In this document: piece by piece, positions 33,308-36,130 of the stretch
How positions within the stretch are numbered: the stretch's first letter is position 1
Layout of the letters: the number at the start of each line of letters is the position of its first letter
Assembly (NCBI GenBank): GCA_002256025.1
Contig: NKIB01015409.1
Coordinates: forward strand, 1 to 36,130
Origin: Asterionella formosa
Lineage: Eukaryota
Reading direction: 5' to 3'
Length of the DNA: 36,130 nucleotides
Made by a program: the position numbers and the translations under genes
The notes under the pieces: generated by a model
What the model was told of the DNA's origin: nothing
What the model saw: only the letters and a program-made list of their open reading frames with translations
The model's database searches: none

Positions 33308-33741
33308 GATAAATGATGATCAGCTACCGGTACTGGTACCAGGTAGTAGTGGAGAAAAAAAGAACCTGCAAGCAACCTTAAAAATGATTCATGTTCATCC
33401 AGTGGTGTGACCAGCGCTGGTTTGAACGACCGCGCAAACCAGGCCAATCAAATGGAGGTCAGTAATTCATGTTGCTCAATCATATTATATATGTGGAAGT
33501 GGGCACTTAAACAATGGAATTTTTTTGTACAGGAGATTTTACGACTAAACAATTTAGCGCAAGACTACCATTCCGATGATGACGTTTTAGCGATCAGTGA
33601 TTCTGATTCCGACATTTTGGAGACCGTTGAAAAGGCCGATTTTGTCGAGTTTTGGACAATGATAGCTCAACGTTGGCAGGGTTTGAAGAAGACAAGTTAA
33701 GTACATAGGTAATCTTCATATAGCCCCAGAAGTTAACTTTC

Positions 33742-33868
33742 CGCGAGAAACTGCATAAAGGAACTTCGGTTTTTTACTTGGCCAAATAGACGACGAGTTG
33801 ACCCGGTAAACTTCCACTATTTTCAGCATGGTTAAAAAACCGAAGTTCCTTTTCTGCAGTTTCTCACG
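33742..33868. repeat. ~35-bp inverted repeat with a ~56-nt spacer (hairpin or very small MITE)
   Basis: CGCGAGAAACTGCATAAAGGAACTTCGGTTTTTTA (33742-33776) versus TAAAAAACCGAAGTTCCTTTTCTGCAGTTTCTCACG (33833-33868): two substitutions and a 1-nt indel. Confidence 0.9.
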
Positions 33869-34043
33869 AGATCCTATATACTGACGATATATAGAGTTGA
33901 ACTATACACATCCATCCATCAATGACTGTATCTAAGCATATGGAAAGGGTGTCCAATGGTGAAAGCTCCAAGTAGCGATATACATATTTAGTTTACACGT
34001 GAAAAGTATTTGTTTGATTAGTCTGACACAATATATATATTTT

Positions 34044-34084
34044 AACCCTACCTCTAAGCTAGGGTTGAAATGCAGGAACATTAA
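34044..34084 (+). repeat. Second copy of the TTAA-flanked terminal motif; candidate right end of the upstream DNA transposon
   Basis: TAGGGTTGAAATGCAGGAACATTAA (34060-34084) matches 23864-23888 at 24 of 25 positions. It is preceded by AACCCTA (34044-34050), which can pair with TAGGGTT. Confidence 0.6.
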
Positions 34085-36130
34085 ATGCAAATTCAGCAAT
34101 AACATCACGAATAAAATTGCCTCCTCAGAGCTGCAATGTTGGTTAAAACAATTTTCTCGCGCTGCTTCTACAAGAAATTAGGAATCACCAGTCCACAAGG
34201 CTACAATTTTGCGAGTACATGTATAAATTATTATGTACCATTTGATCCTTGGGATGGGATGTTTTGATCTTGAACAATTTCAACAAGCAAGCAGCGTTTC
34301 TATCGTCGATAGGAGAAATTTCTAACACATTTTTCTAATCACGCAAGCAGTTGAAAGTGCAAAATCTCTGTATAATGAGCAACTGGCCCAAAGACTCTCT
34401 ATATCTAGAATCGGAAACGATCGTATCGCGATGACCAAAAACACCGTGAAAGCACAAATTTAGTCACCGTTGTTGCAAAAGCTCAGGTCAATCAAGTTGA
34501 CGCACTTAAAATTAGTAAGTAAAACAATCAAACATACTGGAAAGAACCAAGACAACAAGCAAACACAGGTTAAAAAAAGAAAGGGCATCAGAGAGTGGTT
34601 ATTACTAGCTAAGGGTCATGATGATTGATGATTGATGATAGATGGAGATTACATATTCAACAAGTAACAAAAAGATGTGCCAACAAAGAAGCTAAAGTTG
34701 AATGGGAATGGAATATTATTATATATCAAGCATTAATTAATTTGATGAAGAATTTGTTGTTGATGTCCTGGCATGAATCAATTCCACAGTGGGCGCTTTG
34801 AGCTACTCTAATTAAACTACACAACAACAATCACATAAAGAGTGTATAAAGATGAGCTACAAGTACTCCGGAAACTTAAGGAGCTTGACCAAAAGGTCTT
34901 TAAAACCCAACAAAATGCATTTTTCATGTTCAAATCGTGTCAATATTGAATTTCATGTTCACTAGTATGCTAGACTTGAGTGAAGTTCAATTAATTAAAG
35001 TAACTTTCAACTCTTTCGTTGAGACCTTTGGAAATACTTATTATATCCAACTCCTCGTTTCATCGGCCGCCTTGATTTGTGTCCCAGCCGGTAGTATCAA
35101 ACTTGGGGAACTCCAACCTAACAACAAGAAGATTCAACTTGAAGCGGATATCCATCCCCGCTGGTGTGTTGCTTATGCCAGTTGTCTTTTTTATTAACAC
35201 TAGTTTTTTCATGCAAAGTATAAACTTAGCATATTGATTCTTTCAACCCTGGTCTCCACTGATTCTTCATCGAATTTGCTTTTCTTGAACATGTAAAAAG
35301 TCCTGTGCAACTTCGCATACATCTTCTTTCCATCTGGTATCTTCTCACCCCATCTTGCTGCAACCTCCTGAAACTTATTGATGTAGCTCTTCATCATATC
35401 TCACCCCTCTTTGATTTCTTTTATCTCCAAACAGTTCTGGGGGTGCAATGCATGTTACTAATGACAGATCTTTTTATAGATTTCACTCTTTTTCTTTGTC
35501 CGAAGTTCCAAATACATACATACATTCTTTTTCATCATCTCTTGGAAGTACCAATCTGTGTTCCCTTGGTGACTTGGTTTGGGGAGTTTTGAAAAACATA
35601 GAGATTCCTGATATCAATCCAGATCACAGTTATGTTAGTGTCAATATTTCTGTCTCTAGTGACGTGATTAGGGAACATATACCAATCTACTAGAGAATTG
35701 ATTCAAGGACACACGGCTAAAAATCATGTGCTAAATATTATATATACTAGTTGAGAGACAAACTTTCAGGAGAAAAGTTCTCTATAACCTTTTAAATAGA
35801 TTCTAGGAAGCGATCAGACCTAGAGGCCAAATCAAGAAAAAATATTGACTGTTAATTGCAGAGATGTCCGTGAAATCAAGGAACATTAAAGAAGAAGCAA
35901 ACTAGATAGTATGATGCAGTTATGATAGACAGGATTGAATTTTGTAAGCAGACTTTCAATCAAGCAGCATCTGGCCTGAGTTGAGAGAGGTCAAGATGAA
36001 ACATATGTGTATTTTGGAAGAGGATGTAGTTTATTCTCAGTTCAAGTTGGGAACACAAATGAATCTCGCCTCCGAAGATCACCTCGCTCTATTTTGAAAC
36101 ATGCATGAGCTTAGAATTTTCAAAATTAAA

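Noticed and set aside
23837..34066. Telomeric repeats (TTAGGG/CCCTAA) near the PLE
   Set aside because: Only isolated single units occur, mostly within the inverted-repeat motif, and there is no tandem array.
35209..35600. Coding-like minus-strand remnant (MMKSYINKFQEVAARWGEKIPDGKKMYAKLHRTF)
   Set aside because: It is short and interrupted, with no family motif I recognise.

Overview
Eukaryotic genomic DNA, most likely a diatom (inferred from short GT-AG introns, compact genes and diatom-style kinase and hypothetical-protein families). It has two halves. Positions ~1.6-20 kb are gene-dense with eight genes: a Ser/Thr kinase, a transmembrane RING-H2 E3 ligase, a stand-alone glutamate formiminotransferase, a DUF501 protein, a hypothetical protein, SF3B3, a MINDY3-type deubiquitinase and ATG3. 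Positions ~20.2-36.1 kb contain no recognisable host gene and hold decayed transposable elements: two pogo-type fragments, a Penelope-like reverse transcriptase and a Mutator-like (PF20700-type, possibly Kolobok) transposase. That half also has hairpins, local tandem duplications and a 10-N scaffold gap. The most unusual signals are non-coding: (1) at least 23 copies of TA-CC(N)GG-TA outside exons, which match the ends of a small TA-flanked MITE in the window and look like excision footprints; (2) a 540-bp array of a bidirectional 12-mer, CCAATACAAGGT; (3) a TTAA-flanked terminal sequence found twice, 10.2 kb apart. All motif counts were made by eye and no database searches were run.
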